Positions 1 to 12,000 of a stretch of DNA of 27,071 nucleotides are shown one piece after another; position 1 is the first letter of the stretch, and the number at the start of each line of letters is the position of its first letter. The notes beneath the pieces were generated by a model, which made no database searches, was not told where the DNA came from, and worked only from the letters and a program-made list of their open reading frames with translations. The DNA lies in the IMG/VR virus record IMGVR_UViG_3300006024_000021, positions 1 through 27,071 of that record; one strand, written 5' to 3'. Source of the stretch: a virus (taxonomy: Duplodnaviria > Caudoviricetes). The position numbers and the translations under genes were made by a program.

Positions 1-3000
1 GCAGTATGACTTGTAGATGCAACATCAACGATCTCAATAGCAGTATCAAATGCAGGGTCAGCACCATAGTTAAGTGCTAGAGACTCATTTCTCATTACCT
101 GAATCGCTAGATCTCTTGCATAGTTGCAGATCCAAATTGCTTCAGTAGAGTGTGTTAAACCTTCGTTAACATAGTACTCAGCAGCACGGATAATCTTATT
201 GTTACCACCATGACGTAGGTTCCAAACCATAGCGTCAAGGAAGTCACTTAAGTCATGTACACAGTTGATGTTTCCACCAGGGATATTAAGTGAAGGATAT
301 TGATCTTTAGCAGCAGCAATAGTCTCTTCAGAGATAACACGAATATTTCTTTCTATTACATCAGCAGCGTTAATGAATCTATCTTTAACAGCATTACGTT
401 CGTAAGATGCTATATCAACCATGTCGATTGATTCACCACCACCACCAGTAATACCACCATCATCATCTGGTGTATCAGCATCTGGGTTGTACATGTAGAT
501 ATTCTCACGACCAAACGCATTACGGATAGTCATGGTAGCAATCTCAGTTGCTATCTTAAGAACACTGATACCTGCCTCATCTTCACCAGGAGCAACTCCA
601 ACGTTACATGTAATTTGACCAGTCTGTCTCTTAAGTCCATCTGTAGTAAATGATACAAATGAGTGAGCATTTGTATTGGTAGAAGGAACAGTTGTTAAGA
701 CCTGAACTGTGAAGTTATTAGCATCAACATAAGTTACAGGTAACCATGCTTTAAATGCAGGATCTTGAGGTCTTGGATATTGCTTAGTTTGAGCACCAGA
801 TCCAGTATCACAACTCATTGATAGAGCATTCTCTACGATCATTACATAATCATTTGCCTTAGTAAGACCACTAGCAGTTGCAGATACAAATGTATGTGCA
901 GTTACGTTAGTAGAAGGAATCTCTGCTAGAACCTGAACATCAAATGTATTTGTAGTTACGTTAAGAATAGGTAACCATGATCCTGAAGCAGGGTCAGTAG
1001 AACGAGGGTATGTATGATTAGATACGTTATTGTCTAATGTACATGTAAATGTTAATGAATCATCAGCAAGTTTAATACTGTCACCAACACTAAATCCATG
1101 GTTAGTGCAGGTCAATGTCATAATACCTGTCTCAGGATTATAAGCAGCGTTCTCTACAGTATCAGTAGACTGACCAGTAAACGGATGTCCACTTAATGTG
1201 AAGTTTACAATACCTGTATTTGGGTCGTATGTTGCACCTGTTGGTGTATGAGATGTTTGTGATACATCAGTAATTTCTACAGATGTATTATAGACTGGAT
1301 CTGTATCACGAGGATATGAATGCTCACTTACATAATCATCTCTATCACATGTAAATGTTAATGCTTCTTTCTTAAATCTGAAGCTCTGTCCAGCAACTAA
1401 TTGGTGAGCACCAATAGTCATTTGTAATGCACCTGATACAGGGTTGTAATCAGCAGCAGATACGTTGTACTTAACTAGAGGAGTTGTACCAACATTAACT
1501 GTAATTGTTGATAATGTATATGCAGTAATAGCAAGAGACTTACCAAATGCAGGATCACCCTTACGAGGATAAGTATGTGTATCCTCATTCTGGTTCATAT
1601 CACATGTGAAGGTTAAACCATCTTCATCAATAGTAATAGTATTAGCAGAGGTTAATCCATGACTAGGTATGGTAAGAATTAAGTTACCAGTAGCAGGTTG
1701 ATAAACTACGTTTTGTGGAGTGAACTGAGCACCACCATTAGCAGTAATAGAGTTATTTGCAGCAGTTACAAATGTGTGGTTGTAATTACCACCTGCCTCA
1801 ATAGCATTTAATTCTGCTCTTACAAATTGGTGTGTATGCTGACGACCATTTAACTGGATAAGATTGTTAGTCTCAGCATCAAGATACAACTTAGCAGCTT
1901 CATATGTCTTAGTGTTTCCACCTTTTCTAAGGTCATGTACAACTGCACTTAAAATATCTAATACGTCATCTACACAATTCTGAGCACCATCAGGAACAGT
2001 GAAGTTAAGGAACTTAGAAAGATCGTTCATTGTATGAACTGCTTCCCAAGCAATTACATTAGCGTTCTTCTCTAAGAGATAAGCAGCATCTAATATTCTA
2101 TTATTATCTTGACGCTCTGGATTATAACCTTCTGGATCTATAGTGATAGTATCATCTCTATAAACTGGAATGTCTGTATACTGCATTGTATAGTAGTCAT
2201 CCTGTGTCCATGTTGGGATACCCAATCCACCAGCATCATTACCTTGAGTAAGAAGAGTATTGTTAATAGACTTCTTACATAACATTCTCACATATTCATA
2301 AACATCTAATACAGCACTTAGTTCATTGTCAACCGAATAAAGTTCGTTATTATTGTTGAGGAACTTAGAGGTGTTGTACTGGATAGCATTAGTTCCACCT
2401 GTAACCAAGTCAGCAATAATAGCAGGAAGAATATAGGTCTTGATTTCGAAAGTACACTTATTAGGGTTAGCATTAGGGTTCTGATAGAAGTCATAAGTTG
2501 TACTGTTAATATTTGCTTGGTAAGTTGCTTCTAACCAACCAACTGCTTCAGCAGCAATTGCATCACGGTTTTGCCAAATTACATCACCTGCATCTCTGAA
2601 TCTTTGACCTGTTGGTCCAAGAACATCTCCAATATCATCACATAATTTAACAATAGCATCCTGAATCTCTTGTGAAGCAGGAGATGAGAAGTTGTTAGGT
2701 ATACGAAGTATATCAGTATACTGAGTACCACCATAAGTCTTAAGATCTGAACTTGTAGTTGTAATTACATAATTACAAATTGGTGCTAATTCTCTATAAG
2801 TGTAGATTGACTGAAGAATCTCATTAGCAATATGCTCTAAACCTTCGTATGCAGTTAAGTAGTTTCTAGCAGCAAGTGTACTGTTGTAGTTACCACCATA
2901 ACGTAAATCTTCGATAACACCTTTAAGGATAAACTCTTTAGTATCTCTTAAACAGAAACTTGTACCCTGTTGAGGACCAACTCCATCAGCAGTATCACCA

Positions 3001-6000
3001 GGCATCACCAAATCAGGATATTTTGCCTTCATCTTCCAGACTGCAGTTTCAGCAATCCATGCTCTGTTAAGTTCTAAGATATCTGCTGCTTGACGATAAG
3101 CATCTCTTGAGATATCAACTTCCTCAACGATAACTTCACGTTTATCATAATCAACTTTAGTTGCCTGAGAAGCAGAATTGGTAGTACCAGTTAGAGTTGC
3201 ATATGCTTCATTATTACTCATAATGATAGGCAACTCATTACTCATTGAGAAAGTAATACCAGTTGTAGATATTGGGAATAGAGTAGAAGGTGTAAAGGAT
3301 GTAGTATACTTAGACTCTCCACCATAGAATACTATGTTATCAATATATCCAACATAGTTGTTCTGACCATTCCACTCAGCACCAATAGTCATCTTACGCT
3401 CACGGTAAGTATTAGTATCTGAATAGTCACTACCAACTTGTGAACCATTAACCCAAAGTTTGAGTATTTGACTGGTTCTAGTCATAGCAACGTGATACCA
3501 AGTATTAGCTGCCATACCATGAGCACCACTAATTACATCAGAACCATTAATCTTATACTTCAGGTTACCTGAATCAATATAAAGACTTGGGGAATTAACT
3601 TCAGAAGCACCACTTGTACGCATATCAAGTAGATACTTAGTAGTATTCATTGCAGTGGTAGGACGTATCCACATCTCAATAGTAAAGTCTGATGTACCAA
3701 ATGCAGGTACAGTAGATAATGCATATGAGAGGTATGATCCTGAATCAAGTTTCAGGGACTTAGTTCCACTACGTTTTTCTACGGTAGTAAGTCTAGCTGA
3801 AGCAGGGTATATGGTAGTACCATTATTAGCAGCACTCTGGAATGTATGTGGATACCCACCACCAATCTCCAATGCGTCTGCTATTGCTCTTACAAATTGA
3901 TGTGCAGAAGTATTAGAAGAAGGAGCACTGGTTAATACGTTAACAGTAATACTTCCATCCTGTCTAGTAATATTATTAGAAGAAGAAGTTACATATGTGT
4001 GTACATATTGCTCGTCTTCAGGAGATGCACCAACCTGAACACCAATGTTATTATTGTCTATTACAACAACTTCTAACCACTGGTTACTAACTGGGTCAGT
4101 TGTTCTTGGATAGGTATGGTTGGTAGCATTACCATCTTTAGTGCAAGAAAATGTTATAGAATTATCAGCAATCTTGATTCTATTACCTGTTTGCATTCCA
4201 TGGTTGACAACGCTAAGTGTAAGAGTACCAGTCGCAGGTGTATAAACTCCATCAGTACTTGTGAATGTTCCAGCAACACCAACAGCATCTACATTAATCT
4301 TAGTGTTGTATACAGGGTCTTGTCCACCTGAAGGGTTACCTGTACCTGCAACTCTAGGATAAGATTTTTCTGTTGCTCCACTATCTTGATCACAAGTAAA
4401 GATCAATGAATTTGGCTTTAACCTAACACTGTCACTTACATTAAGATTATGATTACCGACATTAAGAACACAAGAACCTGTAATAGGATCGTAATCTGCA
4501 CCAGTTACTTGTAAGTATGTCTTAGGAGAAGCACCAACATTAACTGTAAATGTATTAGTTGTAGTTTTTAGAATCTGAAGTTGTTGTCCTTGTCCAACTG
4601 GATCATCAGCACGAGGATAAGCATGGTTGGTTGCATTACCATCCATTGTACAACTAAAGGTTAATGCATTAAGAGCAAACGATACCTTATTACCTACAGA
4701 ATATCCATGGTTATTGAGAGTAAGAGTTAACTGTCCAGTATCAGGATCATATGTTCCTCCTGTAGGAGTTATGTTAACATTAGATCCACCAGCATTATTG
4801 GTAATCTTACTATTAGTAATGTATTCTTTAAGATCAAATACACCACTAACAGTTTGAGCATATAACCATCTCAAACCAGAGTTTGCACCCTTAAGATCAA
4901 ATGATGCACCAGATGTTGCTCCTGTTATTGTGTCACCAGGAACGAAGAATCCAGTACCACCTCTATTCTTATAAGCAAATTTGTAAACACGAATGTTCTC
5001 ATTCTCTTGGTAAGTACCATCTGAGATAACTGAGAGTGCATTAACGTTATCAAGGTTACCACCTGCCTTAATGGAATTAGCAACACCAGATACAAATGTG
5101 TGTGCATAGTTACCACCAGAGATTACAGCACCACTGAGAGCATTTACAAATGTATGAGCATCAGTATTAGAGATAGCACCCTGTCCACCGTTAACATTAA
5201 CTGTAATTGTGGTTTGAGTTACATTAGTAATATTCAGTGCAGTGTCGTGTGCATAGTCACTACCACCAGTACCAGTTGCAGATGATCCAACAGCACGAGG
5301 ATATGCTGCTTGACCACCACCATTGTAAGCACACTGGAATGTTAATCCTTCTTCTAGAAGTCTAATACTTGTACCTGTTGTTAAGGTGTGAGCACCGATT
5401 GTTAATACTAAATCACCAGTAGTTCCATCATAAGTTGCATTAGAAACATCATGGTTAACTAGAGGGGTCGTACCAACGTTAATTGTAATTGTTGTTGCAC
5501 CTACAGCAGTAATAGCAATCTGCTTTTCATACCATGGGTCAGTAGGACGTGGGTATGTCTTCTGAGCAGTATTACCATCCATCAAACAAGTAAATGTCAA
5601 TCCATAAGGATCAATTCTTACAGTATCAGATGTTGTTAAACTGTGTGATCCAATGGTAAGAACCATGTCACCAGTTGTAGCGTTATAAGTTGCACCTGAA
5701 GGGGTAAACTGAGAACCAGTAAATGCAGTTGTAGCAATACCAGATAAAGTATCGATAGAAGTTGCTACGTTTGCACAGTTTGTTTCATTCTGGTTAGATC
5801 CTGAAGCATAATCTGGATCATAGTAATGTGCAACTCCAGAGTTCTCTAGATATGGAGCAGAATATGTTGTAGGATCGTTAAGGTTATAACCAGTAGAAGT
5901 AAGAGTCTGATCATACATCAGATTTCTCATTGCTCTCTTACATAAGTCTTTTGCCTTATTAAATGCAGTAATTGCTTCTGCTGTTTCTGGAAGACCATTG

Positions 6001-9000
6001 TTAATTGGAATTCCATTAGAATCGAAGAACTTCTTAGTAAAGGTTACGATTGCATAATTACCATCACCTTCTAGGTCATTTGCAATAGCATCAATAAAGT
6101 ATCCTGTATCTCTATTACACTTGATTTCTTTAGGTGTATATCCACCATCAGGTAGAGTAAGATCAATAAGATCAGCTATCGATGCTGCTTCGAGGCATTC
6201 TTTAACATTGGTCCAAAGAGTTGTAAGAGCACTCTGCACGTCAGTACAGTTGTCAGCACCGTTATTAGTGGTGTTGGTACCTGCTGTTCCATAGTTACCG
6301 CCAGGATTAGGGTCAGCAGTAATGCCAGTATTGTTATTAGGTCCACTACTTTGCTCATTATACTTGTTATAAACAACAGCGTTGATAGTCTCAGAACCAC
6401 TTAAAGTGTTCTGAATAGCATCTATCATATAGTCTACACATCTCTGGTATCCCCAGACAGTTTCAGTTTCTTCACCAAGAATATATGCCAATGATGTGCC
6501 ATCAGGGAAGAACTTCTCTAAGAACTTACGAGTATAAACGGTACCACCCCATCCTGTGTCTCTTGATAGAGCATCGATGAGATAACGCATATCTCTCTTA
6601 CATTTGGTAGCACTAGGAATTGTAGAACTAGGGAACTGGACAATCATGTCCTGATATGCCTTAGCAATAATCCATTCGCTATTTTTTTGTATTAAACGAT
6701 ATCCATCTTTAAATCTACCATACTGAGTAGTTTCTGTTTCTCCAGTGTAATAGAAATCAGGATAGTCGATTGCTATCTGTGAGGTAGCAAAATCAATAAT
6801 TTCTTGTCTATTATTTCTTATACTTCTAGCAGCATCCTTATATCTGTTAATTGCATCAGTTTCAGCATTACCATAAGTTACGTTGATAGAACGTATTTTA
6901 TCGTCATTTGAGATTGTACCACCAGTAAGATTGTCATATTCGATCTCAGTAGAACGTACTTCCTCATAATCTAGGAAATCACCGTTAATACGATCTGCTG
7001 CATTGGTTAGAGTGGTAGGAGTAATAGTTGTCTCAGAGATATTATCAAGAATAATATTCTGGTTAGATAGAGATATAAGTCTCTCAAATACTAATCCGAA
7101 GAATGTAGAACCTTTGTTGATGATAAGAGTATCTACAACGTCACCTAACTTAATATCACCTGAAACTATACCGTTAAGATTATTACCAGTAACTGTTTCA
7201 CCATCTTGGAAAGTAGCAACAGATTTAGCAACAAAATACAATACAACTGGATTTGCTTCAGCATCTACTCTAACAACCTCTGCTAATGCACCAGAAAGAC
7301 CACCAGTTAGTTGATCTCCCTCTTCCCAAGCAACTGCAGCTGCAAGGTTAATAGAAGTGATAGGATCTCTATAAGGAGAAATTCCAACAACCTTAGCAGC
7401 AATATTTGATGCTGAGGAGTATATAAAGTCATTTAAAAGAATATTGTAAGAACCTGTCTCATATTCAGCAGTACCAGATGTCTTAGAAAGAACTAAGAAG
7501 GAATCAGTGTTACCATCAAGGTCTAAGTTAGTTTCTTCGACTTTAGCGGTTTCTCCACTTAAAGCAACCTTAGTAACGGTTTCTGCGAACTCAAAAATGG
7601 TTGTTTGATTTAGATTCTCAATAGAACCAATTAAAGCACTAAATCCAGTTCTAGAAACGTCAATTCTCTCATTAAGTTGATAAGGACCAGATGTGATGTC
7701 AATAACGTCAATACTGGTTGCACCTGTAGCAACAACTCTAGAATTGGCATTAGAAGTGAATCCAGAAACGAAATCACCGATTTGTGGGAAAATACCACCA
7801 ATAGTGTTTAGATTAAGTCTAGTAATCTGTAATATCTGTATTTCTACGTTTCTGTAAACAACCTTAGAATCTGGTCTTGGTGGTTCAGCAAATACGATCT
7901 GATTACCAACAATTTGATATGCAGTACCAGGTGACTGGATAACACCGTTTAAGGTGACCAACATCTGATTTTCTTTGATTATTACCTGATCACCTTCTAC
8001 AGTAAGATTAAATGCCTTAGTAGCACCATCAAACTTATCTGAAATGTTATCTAACTTCTTAACGATAGATGTTAGAATTTCCTCGGAGTTTGTTAGTCTT
8101 TTCTTTCTGAATAGAACTTCAGAGTTGTTAAATGTAGAATATATTGGTTGAGCAGCACCAAATGATGTAATTTGGTTAACATTAGTATATTCGTTAATAT
8201 TAACCTGTTTTGTAAACTCAGTACCAATCTTACGTCCAGAAACGTCCTTACCACCAGTCAATTCTAACTGACCGAACATATTAAATCCAGCAGGGTGGTT
8301 ATTCTCTAATACCTGCTTCTTCCAACGGTTAATTGGAATTTGTGACTTAATAACGTATGAGAAGTTCTGATAGAAGTAAGAGTCCTGAATCTTCTGAACA
8401 ATCTCGGATGGTTTACCAACGTCATCAATAAATCTACCAGATGTCTTGGTAAGAGCATCAATATTAAGAATACCTCTAGCAATGTTAACATTGTCGATGA
8501 TACCAGATGCACGAGATATAACACCCTGAACCTTACCACCAGAAACAAATTCACCTTTAGGATTAACAATCTTAAGAATCTTAGGTCCAATCTGCCAACC
8601 ATCGTTAATAGAAACTACACCGAAGGCATTTGCTAATTCATATGTCTCACCTTGGAATACTTCCTCAGATTCTAGGAATCTTGAGGTTTCTACAACAGCA
8701 GTTGCAGTACCACCAAATACCTCAGTTAGAAGTACCTGTCTACCATCACCTTGAGTCAAGAAGGTAATAAAGTTACCAGATTCAGCATCAGCAGGTGTTA
8801 GAGCAAATCTAAGTTGATCTGATTCTAATGAGTTAGCATCACCTGCAATAGCATAGTATATCTGTGTGGATGACAATGAAGTCAAACCAACTGAACTTGG
8901 TTTTGGTAGTTCACCAACTTCGCTACCAATATCTTCTGCTCTAAACTGTACAGCAGCACCAGTGGTTATACCATGTGGGAAGTTAAACTGTAGATAGTTA

Positions 9001-12000
9001 AGGTCTAAGTTAACAACATATGTAAATTCTGACTTAAGTAAAACTGTTGGTTCTGAACTATAACCTGAACCTGGATCCTTAACGATGATCTCAGATAGTC
9101 TGTTGTTCTTAACAATTGCCTCTGCATTTGCACCTGTTCCACCACCACCAGAGATAACAACTACAGGAGCAGAGGTATATCCAGAACCTGGGTTAGTGAT
9201 CTTGATCTGTGAAAGTATTGAGGTGTTAAAGAGTTGTAAGTTAACTGGAAATGCAATCTCAGGACGTAGAGTGTAGTCATGTGAATATCCATAACCAAAT
9301 TCATTGTTCTTAAGAGTCTTAATCTTACCAATCTGTGTACCAGTTAAGAATACAGATGCACCAGTACCTTCGGCAGGTATAACAACAGTTAATTCTGCAC
9401 CAGAACCAGAAAGTGTAGGTCCAAGAATTCCTGGTATACCATCTACATCGATAGAACCAATTGTGTATCCAGAACCAGGATCAATAAGCTCAACATCACT
9501 GATTGTTCCTGAATCGGTCTCAGCATCTACAGTAACTGTGATGTTACATAGACCACCTTCACCATCACCTATAATAGGAATCTGTGTATATACACCTGTC
9601 GCATATTCAGTACCACCGTTAGCGATTCTTATCTTCTCGATCTTACGATCAGATGCAATCTCTGAAATAATTGGTAATTTTTTATAGAATCCACCTGCAG
9701 AGATCAACTTAATTGTGTTAATAGGTCCAATTGCTTTCTTAGAAGTTGTAGAGTAGTATGAATTGGGTTTATCCTGATCATCAACTCCAATCATTGCAGT
9801 ATTAAATTCTGGTTCATGTTCTAATGGGAATCTGAACTCAGTATCACTAATAATTTCAGCAATGTTAAATGTACCATCATAAGGAGTCTTAATAACATCA
9901 ATGAATGAATTGCTACCTACTGGAGAATTGGTAGATAGAGTTCTACTAGGATCAAAGTAATATGTAATGTTAGTTACTTCACCACCAACTGTAAACTTGA
10001 CTATAGGTACCTCAGATGTTGATGATTGACCAGGAATTCCTTCACGTTCGATAACGTTAAAGGAGTATTCTAGTTTAAATTGATTATCTTGAGAGAATGA
10101 TAGGTAGTATCCTAGGTTAGAAGCATCACTTAAATCAAACACATAAGAGTGGTTTCTAACCAACATTAGAGTTGGGTGCTTCGAAGATATCTTGACACTA
10201 GCAATAGCATTGTTATCAAATGTAGGATCTGAAACAGCATTTGCCCTCATTCTATAAGTAAAGTCTCTTGATGAGAAGATTTCTTCTACGAAGAATGATC
10301 CATCAAACTGTGTTCCCTGGAATCCCTTAACAAAGAGAATATCTCCTGCAGTAAATCTATGTGCACTAAGAGCAGAACAGTAGATAAGATCAGTCCTGGT
10401 CTCTGATGTACGAATAATATCCTTATCAAGAGTAACAACTAATTCTATTTTCTTAACAGTATCTACACCATTAATTTGACCAATTTTAGGGAAATCTTCC
10501 TTCGGCCCTGCCGTTACGCTACCACCAAGCGAAATTACATCACCAACTATGAAATCAGATCCAGGATATATCTCAAGAATCTTAACTCTATAATCACCAG
10601 GATCATAAGGTCTGAACCTAGCATATTGTGATAATGCATCATACTGTGACTGCCATGTCCATACTACAGTACCATCAGCTGCAGTACCAGTAGTATGTGT
10701 AGGTGCTACTGTACTAGAAACACCTGCTGTAGTACACTTATATCTCTGTCTTCCTGAATATACTTCATCATCTAGTGAGAATGACTTACTAGGACTCCAT
10801 AGAGGTATAGATGGTTTTGGCCAAGCAGTAAGTGATAAATCAACTTCTATAGGACCAGAAACACTAATAAACTGCCATAGAACACCACCATCGGTTACTA
10901 TACCAATCTCATGAGTAGGTGCAGTAGAACCAGAAGTAGCGTTGTTAGTTGCTTTGTATATCTTACCTGCGTTGTAAACCTGAGTATCTACAGTATATGC
11001 TTTACCAGTTACCCACTGTTCCTGTGTTCTTGCCTGTTCGAATACAACATCTTTAATAACATTTTCTTCACCAATAGCATTCTGATATAGATCAGTTGTA
11101 TCATTATCAAAGTTACCGTAAATCTTACCAACCTTATACTTGGTACCAAGACCAGGATTATCTAAAGTGCCAGTTGGAACATCAACAATAGTACCATATG
11201 CCTGTACTATTCCCTGTGCATTAAGTTGTTGTAAAATTGTACCCTTAGTAAACTTAATATCCTGATTAAAGGTAAATTCCTTAACTAGGTCAATCTTCTG
11301 GTATCCTGCATCTCTGACGTAGAACTTCGCCATAGGAACTGCAGTTACCTTAACCTTTCTACCAAGTGGTGAAGGTATTGTAGAAGTCTTAGAAGCAAAT
11401 GTATGTCCAGCACTGGTAAAGTTGTAACTTCCTGGTGCTAGAGTTGATACAGCATCAGAGTAGTCAAGAATCTGTAAACCAGATGAACCTGAAGTCCATA
11501 CTGTTACAACAGGATTACTTAGACTGTTAATATTGACACCTGATGTTGCTGTAAACTTAAGTGCTTTAGTATGAGTAGTTTCAGCAAATGCACTATAGTC
11601 ACCTCTCTTATCATGCTGACGATCAAACTTAATAATGTTGACTCTAGAGTCATTAGAAGTGATTCTATAACGTTCTGTTGGAAGAGTGAATGTTCCAGTG
11701 AATACTGCATTAGGATCTACAACAATATCATCTATACTTCCCAACAAGCAGTTACCAGTAGCAGGTGAAGTCTTATTAGCACCGATATAAAGGTCATTAA
11801 GACCAATGTTTGTTGTTACAGTTGCTGTAGTTACCTGTACACCATCAAAGTAAACAGAATACTTATATGAACCTAATGTTGGTTCTTCCTTAACTACTGC
11901 CCAATGATGGAAAGTAGAAGAACCCATAAGAGTCCAATATGTACTACCAACTGAAGCAGTAGTAGATCCACCACCACCCTGAGGTGCAATGGTCATCTCA

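Larger units (their letters stand above)
80..6845 (-). repeat. Six dispersed alpha-helical phycobiliprotein/globin-like protein repeats within the giant ORF, plus one partial copy
   Basis: Consensus R-[FYI]-x-[DNQ]-A-A-x-x-[IL]-x-x-N-x-x-x-I-x-x-E-A...YP-x-L-x-x-P-G-G...C-x-[RHDF]-[DE]...[IL]-x-A-[ILV]-x-x-D-L-x-x-G-G-N. Cys codons are at 6600-6602, 6117-6119, 2952-2954, 2454-2456, 1974-1976 and 261-263. Confidence 0.8.

Noticed and set aside
588-5715. Repeats as a CRISPR array or a diversity-generating retroelement TR/VR pair
   Set aside because: The repeats are conserved at protein level only and are diverged in DNA. I saw no identical spaced repeats, no adenine-specific mismatch pair and no reverse transcriptase in the window.
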